DNA of 64,000 nt from a virus: positions 31,976 to 95,975 of IMG/VR virus record IMGVR_UViG_3300030060_004838; one strand, 5' to 3'. Positions within the stretch are counted from its first letter, which is position 1. Each line of letters begins with the position of its first letter. A program made the position numbers and the translations under genes. Positions 47,525 to 58,628 of this stretch are shown piece by piece. The notes below the pieces were generated by a model. It did not search any database and was not told the DNA's origin. It saw only the letters and a program-made list of their open reading frames with translations.

Positions 47525-48286
47525 TTAAATTACGAATGCTACCTCAAAATCTAATGTAAAAGTAAGATATGGAATACCTGCTGTAACTTGAGAATTAAAA
47601 CTTCTAATAAATCCTCTAAGTCCTGATACTTCCTCCGTATCTTGTAAAGGTTTAGGAAAGTTAGAATGGTCGGGTATAGAACCAAATATTGTACCTTTAT
47701 TATCTTGATTTCTTGTTTTATATGTAAAAGGTATTAATGGTAAATGTTCAACGGGTGTTAATGCACCACCTGATGCTTCAGATAACCCTGTATGATATTC
47801 AAACTGATGATTAACTCTACTTGGTACTAATATAATTAACTCATTCATAGATTGATGTTTTTGAAATCCTGAAGAATCAACATAAGAATGCAATAATTGT
47901 GCTATTTCAAATGCTGTCATTTCAACAGTTGGATTTGCTGGTTCTGTACCTTCTACATCATCAAAAGATTTACTTATCACTTGATTAGTTATAATACCTG
48001 ATAAACTAATTGCTTTATTAGCCATACCTAAATCCATTCCTATTGTTTGAGATTCACCTGTAACTACACCTACACCCGGAATTGGAATAGATGGAATTGT
48101 TCTTGAAGTAGTAATATTTACACTTTCACATTTTAAACCAATTCTATTAGTTTCAAAATTCTTTCCTGTATGGTCATCATTTCTTGCTTTTAAATTTAAA
48201 AAAACATGATGTAAAGGTTTGCTACTATCTGCACTTGACATAGCATCTGTTAAATATTCAGTATTGTATATTGTCATTTTAATCAC
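47525..48286 (-). CDS. distal tail protein-like
   Basis: directly after tape measure; MDLG..ISLSGII, FTLDF. Confidence 0.55.
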   Translation of the reverse strand: MIKMTIYNTEYLTDAMSSADSSKPLHHVFLNLKARNDDHTGKNFETNRIGLKCESVNITTSRTIPSIPIPGVGVVTGESQTIGMDLGMANKAISLSGIITNQVISKSFDDVEGTEPANPTVEMTAFEIAQLLHSYVDSSGFQKHQSMNELIILVPSRVNHQFEYHTGLSEASGGALTPVEHLPLIPFTYKTRNQDNKGTIFGSIPDHSNFPKPLQDTEEVSGLRGFIRSFNSQVTAGIPYLTFTLDFEVAFVI

Positions 48287-50319
48287 CTATAAATTCCTGT
48301 TGGGCTTGTTCTTTGCATTTCTAATGAAATTTTTCTACTTAGTTTATTTGCTATATCATTTAATTCTGTATCTGATGCGCCTAATCTTCCATTTACATTT
48401 ACTGTAATATTATTTGTCATACCGCCTAATTGATTATTAGGTGTAACATAATTTCCCGCCTTTAAATTAACTATTTCAGGTCCTCTTTCTCCTACTAAAT
48501 AACTTCCTGATTTATTTACCATACCACCATTAGCCATAGCACCATCAAGTCCTACAAGTCCTAATAACCAATTTTTAACTTTAGCACCAAAGAGAAGAGA
48601 AGCAAAACCAGCAACAATAGCAGCAGGTAGACTAAAAGGTAGTGCCATCATAAATATTTTTATAGCACCAGCGAGAAGAACTAAATCATATACTGCTGAT
48701 GCTATACTATCAAATTTATCTACTCCTTCTTTAAAATAATGTCCAAATAAACCCTCAAAGAACAATGTAACTAATCCCCATAATATATCCACAAAGAATA
48801 GTTCAATAAATGCTATAAATAAATCTTTTAAAGCATATAGTATTGTTTGTAAAGCAGCCCACGCTTCACCACTATTACCATTAAATAAAGCACCGATAAA
48901 TGCTATCGTAGCACCAAATAAATCACCAATAACAATAAATATTTCAATAATACCTTGATATATATTAAATAAAAATCTACCAGCCACAGAAATAAAATTA
49001 CTTACCATATCAAAGAAACCTGCTTCTTTTAAAGCCATTAAACCAAATATTAATAGTGGAATCCACATAAACATACCTCTTAACATTCTCATCGCTAATC
49101 TTGCAAATCCTTTAAACATTTCTTGAGCCTTAGCCATTTTATCTTTCATTGTAGGATGGTCTTTATGAAATTTAGCCATTCCTCTAAATATACCTGTAAT
49201 TAAATTACCACCTGGAATTTTATCTAAAAATCCTGTAACTTTTCCAATCATTTTTTTCATAAATTTTTGTTGTGGTGGGTCTTGTATAATTTTACCACCG
49301 TCTTGCATAGAAACAGTAATACCTTCATTAGTTAATTTACTAAATGCATTAGTTATTTCTGTTTGTGCATTTGTTATTTCATCAATAAATTTTCCTTCGC
49401 CCGAAGCCTTTTCTTGCTCTTGTAGTCTTATCAAATCTTCTTTAATTTTTAGTTCTTCTTTTAAATCTTCTATTCTTTCAGAATAATTATCAATACCATA
49501 TATAGCCATTAGTTGTTGTTTTTCTTCTAATTCTATTTTTTCTTGTTCTAATGCAATTTGTTCATTTACAGATTGTGCTATTTTGTCATCATTTTCTTCT
49601 CGTAGTTTAGCCAAATCTTTTTCTAATTTTTCTTTTTGACCATGAGAATCTATATATTGCATAAATGTTCTTTGCTGTTCATCTGTTATAGCATTAAACC
49701 TTCTAAGTTGTTCATCAGACGATTGTGCATCTATCGTACCAAATATTATATTTCTATATGACTGTCCTTGTTTTAATAAATTTTTAAAGTTTTTAACTCT
49801 ATTATTTAGCATATCTTTATCAGTTAATGCTAATTTTGCAGATGCATTCTCTATTCTATTTTGCATTTCTTCTAATGCTTTAGTTGGACCCATAATTTGT
49901 TCTAAATATTTATACTGTTCCGATTTGTAAAATGTAACTCTTTCTTCTGATGTTGCAGTATCATTGATAACTTTCTGAAGTAATTTTTCTGCTGCATCAA
50001 TATCCTTTTTTAATTTAACCTGCTTTGCTAATCTTTTAATTGCTTTATTTTCACTTTCAGCAATTGCTTCAGCCCTTTTATCTTGAAATTGTAAAAAGTT
50101 AGAAATAGCACGAACCCTATTCTGTATTCTCCAAAAACCTGTTCCTGAAGTTAAACGGGAAATAACTGTCCAAGCATTACCAGCAGCAGTACCTGATTTA
50201 GATAATTCTAAGAAAGTTTCTCTTAGTTTGTTTGATGTAGTAGCCGCATCTTGAATTGATTGAGTTAGGTTATCAAAAACTTCCTCAAGTTTTTCAGCGT
50301 CTTTTTTTACATCTGACAT
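48283..50319 (-). CDS. tail tape measure protein
   Basis: coiled coil, hydrophobic helices, MANGG..YLVGERGPE. Confidence 0.85.
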   Translation of the reverse strand: MSDVKKDAEKLEEVFDNLTQSIQDAATTSNKLRETFLELSKSGTAAGNAWTVISRLTSGTGFWRIQNRVRAISNFLQFQDKRAEAIAESENKAIKRLAKQVKLKKDIDAAEKLLQKVINDTATSEERVTFYKSEQYKYLEQIMGPTKALEEMQNRIENASAKLALTDKDMLNNRVKNFKNLLKQGQSYRNIIFGTIDAQSSDEQLRRFNAITDEQQRTFMQYIDSHGQKEKLEKDLAKLREENDDKIAQSVNEQIALEQEKIELEEKQQLMAIYGIDNYSERIEDLKEELKIKEDLIRLQEQEKASGEGKFIDEITNAQTEITNAFSKLTNEGITVSMQDGGKIIQDPPQQKFMKKMIGKVTGFLDKIPGGNLITGIFRGMAKFHKDHPTMKDKMAKAQEMFKGFARLAMRMLRGMFMWIPLLIFGLMALKEAGFFDMVSNFISVAGRFLFNIYQGIIEIFIVIGDLFGATIAFIGALFNGNSGEAWAALQTILYALKDLFIAFIELFFVDILWGLVTLFFEGLFGHYFKEGVDKFDSIASAVYDLVLLAGAIKIFMMALPFSLPAAIVAGFASLLFGAKVKNWLLGLVGLDGAMANGGMVNKSGSYLVGERGPEIVNLKAGNYVTPNNQLGGMTNNITVNVNGRLGASDTELNDIANKLSRKISLEMQRTSPTGIYR

Positions 50320-50323
50320 TTTA

Positions 50324-50533
50324 TCACTTCATTTTATTTAATGATTTTTGAATTTCTTCCCCTTTATATGATTCAATTTCTTGATGTACCATTAATAATT
50401 CTTGTACTAAACTAAAAGGTAATTCAAATACCTCCTTTGGAGATATGTTTAAATCTTTAGCCAAAGTATAAAGTGAGAGTCTTGATGCTACTTTAGGATT
50501 GGTTATTTTACCACTCCTAATAGCAACCCTCAC
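50324..50533 (-). CDS. tail assembly chaperone, -1 frameshift extension (gpT-like)
   Basis: lies in the -1 frame of the upstream ORF; LAKDLNISPKEV. Confidence 0.7.
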   Translation of the reverse strand: MRVAIRSGKITNPKVASRLSLYTLAKDLNISPKEVFELPFSLVQELLMVHQEIESYKGEEIQKSLNKMK

Positions 50534-50898
50534 TTCTCTTTTAAATTATCATCCCCCTCCATCAAACTGAATGGGTCTGGAAGGATTGCTCTAATTTGTG
50601 AACCAACATAAGGCTTTAGCCTAATTAAATCAATAGCATTTAAAGCGGGTTCTGTTCTTTCAACAAAAGCATCCCATAAATATCTATAAACTTCATTCAT
50701 GTCAAATGAAACATCTTTGTTTTGCATATCTACATTAAACAGTTTCATCTGTGCTTGCTCTAATTGTAAATAAGTAGGTTCTTTAATCCACACCTTTAGG
50801 TATTCATCACCTTCAGGTTCAATCTTTACATAATGTAATTGCGCTTCTGTTCCTACTAATAATTTACTTTTGTCTCCTAAAATTTTCTTTTGTTCCAT
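50530..50898 (-). CDS. tail assembly chaperone (gpG-like)
   Basis: between tail tube and tape measure; slippery T TTA AAA near its end. Confidence 0.75.
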   Translation of the reverse strand: MEQKKILGDKSKLLVGTEAQLHYVKIEPEGDEYLKVWIKEPTYLQLEQAQMKLFNVDMQNKDVSFDMNEVYRYLWDAFVERTEPALNAIDLIRLKPYVGSQIRAILPDPFSLMEGDDNLKEK

Positions 50899-50930
50899 AA
50901 TATTTCACCATATACATAATTATCCACACC

Positions 50931-53249
50931 TTAACTTTGTAGTACCCAATGAGTTGTAGCACTAATTGTTCCTGTTCTAATAGGCATAATAGTAAAGTCT
51001 ACCATTACAGGACCTCTATCATCTTGAATAGGCCACGAAGCGGCACTAATCATATAATCATCAAATTCTAAACTTATGGATTCACCATTTGGCTTTGTAA
51101 ATGATAAAGCAATTTTAGCATTTGTACCATCGGCTGTTTCTCCTAAGTTAAAACGATGTGGAGATTGTCTTCTTAATTCATCAAATAATCTTCTGTCTGT
51201 AACCATAGCCTGAAATGTTACTTCATAAGTTCTTTGGCCTGGAACATAATACTTAATTTGATTGTTATAATTACCAACATATCTTTTGTCGGTCAATGTG
51301 TTATTTAGACTAATACTAAAAGTGCTAACTTTCAAAAATTCTTGTCCAAATAATGTAATAGAACCATTAGAGAAAAAGAATGGGTCTACAAATGACTGTA
51401 CAATATTACTGCTATCACCTGTTTGTTGTCCAAAGTTTAATAGATTTTTAAATTCAGAAGTATCATTATTTGTAGTATCATAACACTTTCCTACATATCC
51501 AGCAGGTGCTTCAAATACTCTCTTGGTATTTAGATTCAAAGTGACCTTTACTTCTTCATTTTCATTTGCAGATAGCGACATATCAGAAACTACACAGTTA
51601 GGATATACTTGTGCATATACACTCTCACTAAATGTATTTCTATCAACCATCAAAGTTTTGTTTGTACCATCTAATACATTACCCTTTTGTACTAATAACT
51701 CTAAAGCAAAAGATGGTAATTCATTATCATTTCTTTCTCCAAATGTATAAGTAATTCCTTTTTCTAATATACCTGATGTATTTTCAGCAGGGTTATCAAC
51801 TAAATATGCTGATGTAAAAGGCAATAAAGGAGGACATAGTGTTTGTGTACCTTTTAATACTCTATGGAATTTACCATTTGAAGTATGACCGCTTGATGCA
51901 AAATCATTATCAGTACCTGTATTTACACCTTGATATAATAAATGATTTGCTGCATTTCCATCACCACTCGGATGATTAAAAGCATTAGTATGTGTTTTTT
52001 GTGCACTTGCAGTAGAAGTTGCACTTGCTAATTTACCGAATGCATAATAAAGCCAAGAACCATGATTTAGATTAACATCAATACTTGCAGCACCAGCAGT
52101 TTCAATTCCTCTATATTGATATGAGTAATTTCTACTACCTGCTAAAGATAGATTCATTTGTTTTGTTTCCATCTCTACTTGTGGAATACCAACAGAATTA
52201 GTTAATCCAATCCAATTGTTTGATAAAATTCTTGGCGAAACAGTATTAATACTTGTTTGTGTAGTAATAACACTTGATACTCTTTTACCCCAATAAATTT
52301 CATCAGCCGCAGTAGCGGTAGCACTTGCACTTTGAGCATATGTAACTGTTAAACCATCTGCTGAAAGGCTAATTACCTTTCCTAAAACTGTTGCACTTGC
52401 TCTTGTATCAGCATGATTAGAAATATAATCACCAGAAGTAAGATAACCTGTTAAACTTGAAGGAACAGTAATGCTTCCAATACCATTTGATTCTGTTGAA
52501 CCACCTGCTAATGTGCCTAATGTATCTGATAAGAAATGAATTGTATCATCTGTTGAAGTACCATCATGTTCTTCGGGATAATTAGCCTTAGTTAATGCAG
52601 TACCATCAGCACTAAAACCCCAAACTTTACCAACAAATACTTGAGAATCTGTATAAATTAAATCTCCAACTTTTAAGTTTTCAACACTACCATCAATTCC
52701 TGAATCAGCAGACACCACTAATTGATGAGCACTATAACCACTTGTATTATTTGAATTTCTTTTTTCTAAACTAATAGGTGCTGGAATAACTGCACCGTTA
52801 GCCTTCAAAATAATATAACCTCTTTCTCTACCTGTTCCTACTGCGGCATCTTGGTCTGCAAAAAGATTGGGATAATCGCTTAATTGTCCTGAAAAATAAA
52901 TTGCATCAGCATCATTACCTGCAACATTAGCACTAAATTTTAATGTTGGGGCTGTTGATGAATTATCGGTATAATAAAATTCAGCAGTACAACCTGTATA
53001 TAAATCAGGAACCAAATGATAATAATCAGTAAAATGTTTTACTGCATCTGTTCCTTCTCCGTGTGCATTTTCAATTACTACACTTGAACCATCTACTCCA
53101 TATCCTAATGAATATTTAATTAGATGTGCTTTGTTCGTTCCTGTTCTTCCTAAAGTTGGACCATAAGGCATATAACCTAAGAATAATTCGCTTTCAGGGG
53201 CTAAGGTTACTGATTGACCTGAACCCATCCATGTTTCTGTACTTACCAT
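50931..53249 (-). CDS. major tail tube protein with large inserted domains
   Basis: LPSFALE, FSISLNNTL, RTYEVTF C-terminal tube motifs; synteny. Confidence 0.75.
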   Translation of the reverse strand: MVSTETWMGSGQSVTLAPESELFLGYMPYGPTLGRTGTNKAHLIKYSLGYGVDGSSVVIENAHGEGTDAVKHFTDYYHLVPDLYTGCTAEFYYTDNSSTAPTLKFSANVAGNDADAIYFSGQLSDYPNLFADQDAAVGTGRERGYIILKANGAVIPAPISLEKRNSNNTSGYSAHQLVVSADSGIDGSVENLKVGDLIYTDSQVFVGKVWGFSADGTALTKANYPEEHDGTSTDDTIHFLSDTLGTLAGGSTESNGIGSITVPSSLTGYLTSGDYISNHADTRASATVLGKVISLSADGLTVTYAQSASATATAADEIYWGKRVSSVITTQTSINTVSPRILSNNWIGLTNSVGIPQVEMETKQMNLSLAGSRNYSYQYRGIETAGAASIDVNLNHGSWLYYAFGKLASATSTASAQKTHTNAFNHPSGDGNAANHLLYQGVNTGTDNDFASSGHTSNGKFHRVLKGTQTLCPPLLPFTSAYLVDNPAENTSGILEKGITYTFGERNDNELPSFALELLVQKGNVLDGTNKTLMVDRNTFSESVYAQVYPNCVVSDMSLSANENEEVKVTLNLNTKRVFEAPAGYVGKCYDTTNNDTSEFKNLLNFGQQTGDSSNIVQSFVDPFFFSNGSITLFGQEFLKVSTFSISLNNTLTDKRYVGNYNNQIKYYVPGQRTYEVTFQAMVTDRRLFDELRRQSPHRFNLGETADGTNAKIALSFTKPNGESISLEFDDYMISAASWPIQDDRGPVMVDFTIMPIRTGTISATTHWVLQS

Positions 53250-53284
53250 TTTATCACCGTTTTATTTTACTTTTCCATAACAAC

Positions 53285-53905
53285 CTATACGGGAATTGCT
53301 AATCGTTTCATAACAACATTCACTTTAAATCCAAAAATTCTATTCTTTTTATCATTCGCATCCGTTCTATCTTGTACAGTTATCAAATTGATATTTTCAT
53401 AAATTTGCGAGCCAGTTTTAAACCAACCCCTTCTCCTTTGCTCAAGTATATAGCGTACAAGTAAATAAAGACTACGGATTCTCTCTTTACCAAAACTACT
53501 TGTAGGAGAAACCCTTGTATCATCATTTAAAATTCTATCATCTTGTCTTGTTCTAATACTAATAGACATTGTAAAAGTTTCATTTCTAATATCATAAGCA
53601 TAAGAAGGATATTCAGTAGAAGCACTTGAAGTACTAACCACTATAATATCTCTTGAATAAATAAAACCATCAGGATTAGTAGATTCTTTTTTACTTGCAG
53701 TATTAATTCTATTACCGCCTCTTGACCTACCTTGAGCATCTACTGTTCTACCTGTTGAAAAATCTGTTGTAGTCATAATAATTGGGTGAACTGCATGAAC
53801 ATCTAATAATGTTCCATTACCACTTGAAGTATTTAATGCGTTAATAGCATCATTCCAATTAGAATCTAATAAATCTACAAGATAACTTGACTCACTCACC
53901 ACCAA
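53285..53905 (-). CDS. tail terminator/completion-like protein
   Basis: synteny upstream of the tube gene. Confidence 0.5.
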   Translation of the reverse strand: MVVSESSYLVDLLDSNWNDAINALNTSSGNGTLLDVHAVHPIIMTTTDFSTGRTVDAQGRSRGGNRINTASKKESTNPDGFIYSRDIIVVSTSSASTEYPSYAYDIRNETFTMSISIRTRQDDRILNDDTRVSPTSSFGKERIRSLYLLVRYILEQRRRGWFKTGSQIYENINLITVQDRTDANDKKNRIFGFKVNVVMKRLAIPV

Positions 53906-54125
53906 ATAAAATCCTCCTTAGTTTGTCTGATAATTCTTTATTAAATTCATCATTAATAATTTTTGCCATAATTTTATCGCTATATTGTTCTCCTAAATAT
54001 TCTTTAGTTATTTCTTGAAGATTATCATTTTCTTCAATTATTCTATTACGAATAGCATCAATAGAACTTCTTAATACCCTTATTTTATCTACTTGTTCTT
54101 TAGTAAAAAACGGCATATCAATCAC
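53892..54125 (-). CDS. hypothetical neck-region protein
   Basis: overlapping ORF. Confidence 0.55.
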   Translation of the reverse strand: MIDMPFFTKEQVDKIRVLRSSIDAIRNRIIEENDNLQEITKEYLGEQYSDKIMAKIINDEFNKELSDKLRRILFGGE

Positions 54126-55200
54126 TATCTATCAAATATATTAATCTCTTTTTCATATTTAAAATCTTTTCAACATCTGCTCTATAAGTATCAAATTTAG
54201 TTTTAATATCTAATCCTGATTGATTATTTTCTCCTAATAAAATCGTATTATCATCAGAAGACATTAATTCACAACAAACTAATTTAGTTGCCGCTTCTGT
54301 AATTACTGCTGGTACAGTTTGTTTTCCTGTTTGGTATGTGCACTTAAGAGAATGTTTAACTTGATATGGATAAGAACTTCTAAAGAATACCGCACCTGTT
54401 TGATTATCAATCCACCAATCATTATCTCTACCCATATTTTCATTATCTACAAAATCTTCCTTTGTAATTCCTGCACCACTAACTGTAACTGTACAATTTT
54501 TACCATCATCAGCAGGTAATAAAGATGAAATTAAAACTGAATTATCTTCTTCTAAAGAAGCATAGAAAAATTTACTAATACCACTTAAAGATTTTTTACC
54601 ATTAGAACCTGTAAAATCTCTTGTATTTGCAGGAACTTGTTCATTAATTAAATAAACAATTTCTTGTGCTGTTGTAGTATTACCAAATTGATTATTAAAA
54701 CTACCTGAATCAGTAGGATGTGTTAGTAATGTAAATGTTGTACCGCTATTAGGTAATTGTAATACTATATTAGTTATAGCAGTAAAATCTGTAATTTTAA
54801 TTTTACAAGTAGCACCTGCTAATTCAGTCCAATTATCTCCTTTCCATGCGGCTAATCTTAGAACCTTTCTTACATCTTCTCTATTTAATCTAATAAAACC
54901 GACATAATCTGTATATTTATAATCTCTTGAATATCTGTACATTCTTTGCCAATCAAAATCAAAGTCCTTAAATTCATTTTCTACAATAGATGGTCGCCAT
55001 GATTGTTTTGTAAATTCATCAATATAATCTTCAGCATATCTAATTAATTCACCAATGTTAGCAAGTGTAGGAATTGTATCTGTTGTAAATGGGGCAATAC
55101 CTAATAAATCACAAATCTTATTCATGTTTGTGTAATGTCCTATACCTGCATCATAATCAAGAGAATTTATTGCTGTATCTGATGGTCTAATAATACTCAT
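54118..55200 (-). CDS. head-tail adaptor protein
   Basis: YT..ICDLL, LIRYAEDYID, TYQTG..VPAVITEAATKL. Confidence 0.7.
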   Translation of the reverse strand: MSIIRPSDTAINSLDYDAGIGHYTNMNKICDLLGIAPFTTDTIPTLANIGELIRYAEDYIDEFTKQSWRPSIVENEFKDFDFDWQRMYRYSRDYKYTDYVGFIRLNREDVRKVLRLAAWKGDNWTELAGATCKIKITDFTAITNIVLQLPNSGTTFTLLTHPTDSGSFNNQFGNTTTAQEIVYLINEQVPANTRDFTGSNGKKSLSGISKFFYASLEEDNSVLISSLLPADDGKNCTVTVSGAGITKEDFVDNENMGRDNDWWIDNQTGAVFFRSSYPYQVKHSLKCTYQTGKQTVPAVITEAATKLVCCELMSSDDNTILLGENNQSGLDIKTKFDTYRADVEKILNMKKRLIYLIDSD

Positions 55201-58200
55201 TGTCTAACTGCCCCCAATAATACATTTATTCTATTTTTAATTTCTTTGAAAAATTCATACCTTAATTGATTAAAGTTTGTTCCTCTTAAACCTGCACTTT
55301 GGATTCTACCCGCACCTGTAACTCTTTTTCCTCTAATTTTCTTTGCTTGGTCGGGTCGCATACCTGCTGTTCTTTTAATAGGATTATATGCTTCTGTACC
55401 TGCTACTCTATAACCGACATAAGATTCTGCATCGGAAACCCAATCAATTTTACCTTTTAGTAATAATTTTTTCTTAGCATAATCTACCTGTACCTCTAAA
55501 TTTCTACTTGTTGCAGTAACTTGTCCAAGTTTTGCATTATTAAAAAGACTGTTTTTTTCTAAATCTTCTGATAATGCTTTTCTTAAATCTAAACTATTTA
55601 CTAATCTAATCATATCTCCCGCTTCAGGAACTTGAAATTGTTTGGATTGTTTTATTTCATTCCAATATTCTTCCATATCTAATTTATATTCTTTAACCTT
55701 TTTCTTAACATCATCTTGTGGCTTTAAAAAATTACCATCATTATCTTTTGTTTCATCAATACTATCAAGTATTGCCTTTAACTTTGGTATTGTTTTCCCT
55801 CTCTTATCTTTAAATCTATCATCATATCCTACAAGTTCAGACCATTCATCTAATAATGTTTTAAAACCTGTTGTTGTAATATTAGATTCTTTAATTTTTT
55901 TAACTCTAAGAATACCTCTAACTAATATTCTAATATTTTCGTATAAAGAAACAAATCTTCTATTGTTATCTTTTACTTCTTTTATAGCATCAAGTAATTG
56001 AATATTTTTTATTTCATTAATAGTAAGACCTGTTTCTTCATCTTCATAATTATCAAATGTATCATCATCTATTAATGCTTGAGCGAGAACACCTTCTCCT
56101 TCTTCTCCTGCTGCTTCTTCTTCTTTTTCTCTTTCGGCTAATTCTCTTGCTTCTTGTAATTCTTGTTGTGATGCTATTCTTTGCATTTCTTGTTGTACTC
56201 TTGCTTCTGCTGCTTCTTTAGAATCATCTTCTTCTAATAATTCAGAAGCCTCTTGTATTTCTTCTTCATTATCTTCAGCATATTCAATAATTTTGTTTAA
56301 ATTTTTAGAAACATAACCAAGTTGTTTAGTTAAATTACCTGATTGTACTTTTGAATCTTCTTTAATTTTATTTCTAAATTCCTTAAGAGTAAATTTAAAT
56401 CTTCCTCTATTAAAAAAGTAAGTAGAAGAATGATTTTCTAAATTAATTAAATCTTTACCAATACTCTCTTTTTGTATTTTATCTACTTCATCTATTAATT
56501 CTATGGCTACTTGTAAATCGCCCAACATTCCCCTTGTAACATTTTCTTTAATTAAAGCGTCAATTTTTTCTTCCATTGATGCTTTCTTTGTTGCAGTATA
56601 ATTATTCATAGTATCTCTAATTATTTTCCATTGATAATCAGCATTTAAACCTGGAAGTTTATCTCTTATTGCTTTATCAATATTACCACTATAATTAATC
56701 ACTACTGTACCCTTTGTATTTGTACCTCTTTCAAGGTCGGCTTCACTTGATATTACATTTCTTGAACCTGCACCAATTGTTTTTGCATAACCTGATTCAA
56801 AGTCTAATTCTTGATTTTCAAATTTAATTTCCATTTTAAATTTAGTTTTAGTTGTATCAGTAAAACCTAAATCTAATTTTGCTTCGTTAGCACCTGCACC
56901 CTTGTACCCTTTTGAAGTAATAGCATTTCCTGAAATATATACATTATCAGGATTAACTACATTATCTAATAAAAATTCTTCAATTGTATCTCTACTCATT
57001 CTAACAGGTCTATCTTCTAAATCATCGGGTGTTGCCTCTCTTAGAGATACTGTTTCAAATGTAACATTAGATTGTATATTTAATAGTGGGTCAATATTTT
57101 TTCTAAACCAATTACTAACAATTCTTTCTACTATTCTTATTACTGCTTTTTTATCTGTTTTAAATGTATCAGTAATATATTTTACAACATCTTTTTTACT
57201 GCTTAATGTTATATCTTCTCCTACATTTATAGGATATTTAATTTGTTTATCTAATAGTGAAACTAAACTTGGTCTAACTAAATCTTTATTTGCATCTCTT
57301 GTTTCTGTATTTATTAATTTTTTAATATCAACAGGAATTTCTGTACCGCTTTCATCTTTTACAATACCTGTTAATTTTTGAGATATTACAAACGGTATTG
57401 ATGAAATTTTAAGATACTCAGCCTCTTTTTCTTCTATTAGTTTTACAAAATCCTGATAACTACCATATTTTTCTTCGTATTCTTTAAATTCTTCAGCATT
57501 TATATTTTTATGTATTGTTTCTATTAGTAGTCCTAATGCTACTTTTTGTTCATCTGTTTCAGGATTCATACTATAAGCAGCATAAAATTTTTCTACTTTA
57601 GGAGAATTATTTACTACTTCTTTTAGTTTAATATTATCATCGTATGTTGGCTTTTTAATTTGTTCCAACATTTCTTCTACTTCTCTTATTGCATCTTGTT
57701 GGTCTTTAATTTTCTTAGTAAAAGCAGCCTTTACAGAACCTTTAGTAAAATCTCTATCAACCTTTAGAGCATTTAATTCATTTTTTGCAGTAATTACTTT
57801 ATTACGATAATTTTTATATTCTTCTTTATCATAATTTTCTAAACCTGATGGGTTAGCACCTAAGTTTTTACCATAATTAAATGCTATATCTACTTCTTCC
57901 CCTTTCTTATTCTTTTGTTTGTGGGTTTTATCTGTAAATGTTTTAGGAGTATATACATTATCTTCTATTTGATAATATCTATTTTGGTTTAAATCTCCTA
58001 ATGAAGTTTCAAGTAATATTTCTATTGCCTGTTTATTAATTCTATCAAAGGTAGCCTTATCAAAATTAATAACATCTTTATATCTTTCTTCCCAATTTCT
58101 ACTTGTTCCTGCCCATCTTAAAAGACCTGCTCTAACTCTTTTTTGTTTAGAAGTATGCATATCTCCTTGAGGTATTAGAAATTGATAAAAGAAATTCAAA

Positions 58201-58277
58201 GCAGAATCTACATTCCATTCTGAACCCATTACATCAAATACTCCCCTAAAAGGGGGAACTTCTGTTGAATCTGCCAT
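55197..58277 (-). CDS. large charged virion-module protein of unknown function
   Basis: 1026-aa ORF between head and neck genes. Confidence 0.75.
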   Translation of the reverse strand: MADSTEVPPFRGVFDVMGSEWNVDSALNFFYQFLIPQGDMHTSKQKRVRAGLLRWAGTSRNWEERYKDVINFDKATFDRINKQAIEILLETSLGDLNQNRYYQIEDNVYTPKTFTDKTHKQKNKKGEEVDIAFNYGKNLGANPSGLENYDKEEYKNYRNKVITAKNELNALKVDRDFTKGSVKAAFTKKIKDQQDAIREVEEMLEQIKKPTYDDNIKLKEVVNNSPKVEKFYAAYSMNPETDEQKVALGLLIETIHKNINAEEFKEYEEKYGSYQDFVKLIEEKEAEYLKISSIPFVISQKLTGIVKDESGTEIPVDIKKLINTETRDANKDLVRPSLVSLLDKQIKYPINVGEDITLSSKKDVVKYITDTFKTDKKAVIRIVERIVSNWFRKNIDPLLNIQSNVTFETVSLREATPDDLEDRPVRMSRDTIEEFLLDNVVNPDNVYISGNAITSKGYKGAGANEAKLDLGFTDTTKTKFKMEIKFENQELDFESGYAKTIGAGSRNVISSEADLERGTNTKGTVVINYSGNIDKAIRDKLPGLNADYQWKIIRDTMNNYTATKKASMEEKIDALIKENVTRGMLGDLQVAIELIDEVDKIQKESIGKDLINLENHSSTYFFNRGRFKFTLKEFRNKIKEDSKVQSGNLTKQLGYVSKNLNKIIEYAEDNEEEIQEASELLEEDDSKEAAEARVQQEMQRIASQQELQEARELAEREKEEEAAGEEGEGVLAQALIDDDTFDNYEDEETGLTINEIKNIQLLDAIKEVKDNNRRFVSLYENIRILVRGILRVKKIKESNITTTGFKTLLDEWSELVGYDDRFKDKRGKTIPKLKAILDSIDETKDNDGNFLKPQDDVKKKVKEYKLDMEEYWNEIKQSKQFQVPEAGDMIRLVNSLDLRKALSEDLEKNSLFNNAKLGQVTATSRNLEVQVDYAKKKLLLKGKIDWVSDAESYVGYRVAGTEAYNPIKRTAGMRPDQAKKIRGKRVTGAGRIQSAGLRGTNFNQLRYEFFKEIKNRINVLLGAVRQ

Positions 58278-58289
58278 GCTTTACACCCC

Positions 58290-58607
58290 CTAAGAGTGTA
58301 AAACAAATAATTCAAGTCCTGTCCAATCATCACATTCAATTCTTAGACCACTTCTACACAATATACCATCTGTATAATGATGTTGTTTAGAGTCTGTTGC
58401 TAATAAACCAGCATCAAAACTATATCTTGCTATCAAATTAGTAGTACCTGTTCCTGTATTATCAGAATAAACTGAAATTGTTCTTGCGGCACCAGCACCT
58501 AAAGCCCCTGTTGGACTTAAAATAAAACCATTGTAAACACAAGGACTTTCAGCAGTTGGTACTACATTAGTATTATCTGTTATTCTCGTACTTTGAATTC
58601 TTCCCAT
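58290..58607 (-). CDS. putative minor head protein
   Basis: start MGRIQ after GGGTG; beta-rich. Confidence 0.6.
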   Translation of the reverse strand: MGRIQSTRITDNTNVVPTAESPCVYNGFILSPTGALGAGAARTISVYSDNTGTGTTNLIARYSFDAGLLATDSKQHHYTDGILCRSGLRIECDDWTGLELFVLHS

Positions 58608-58628
58608 AATAAACACCCTTTCGGTATA

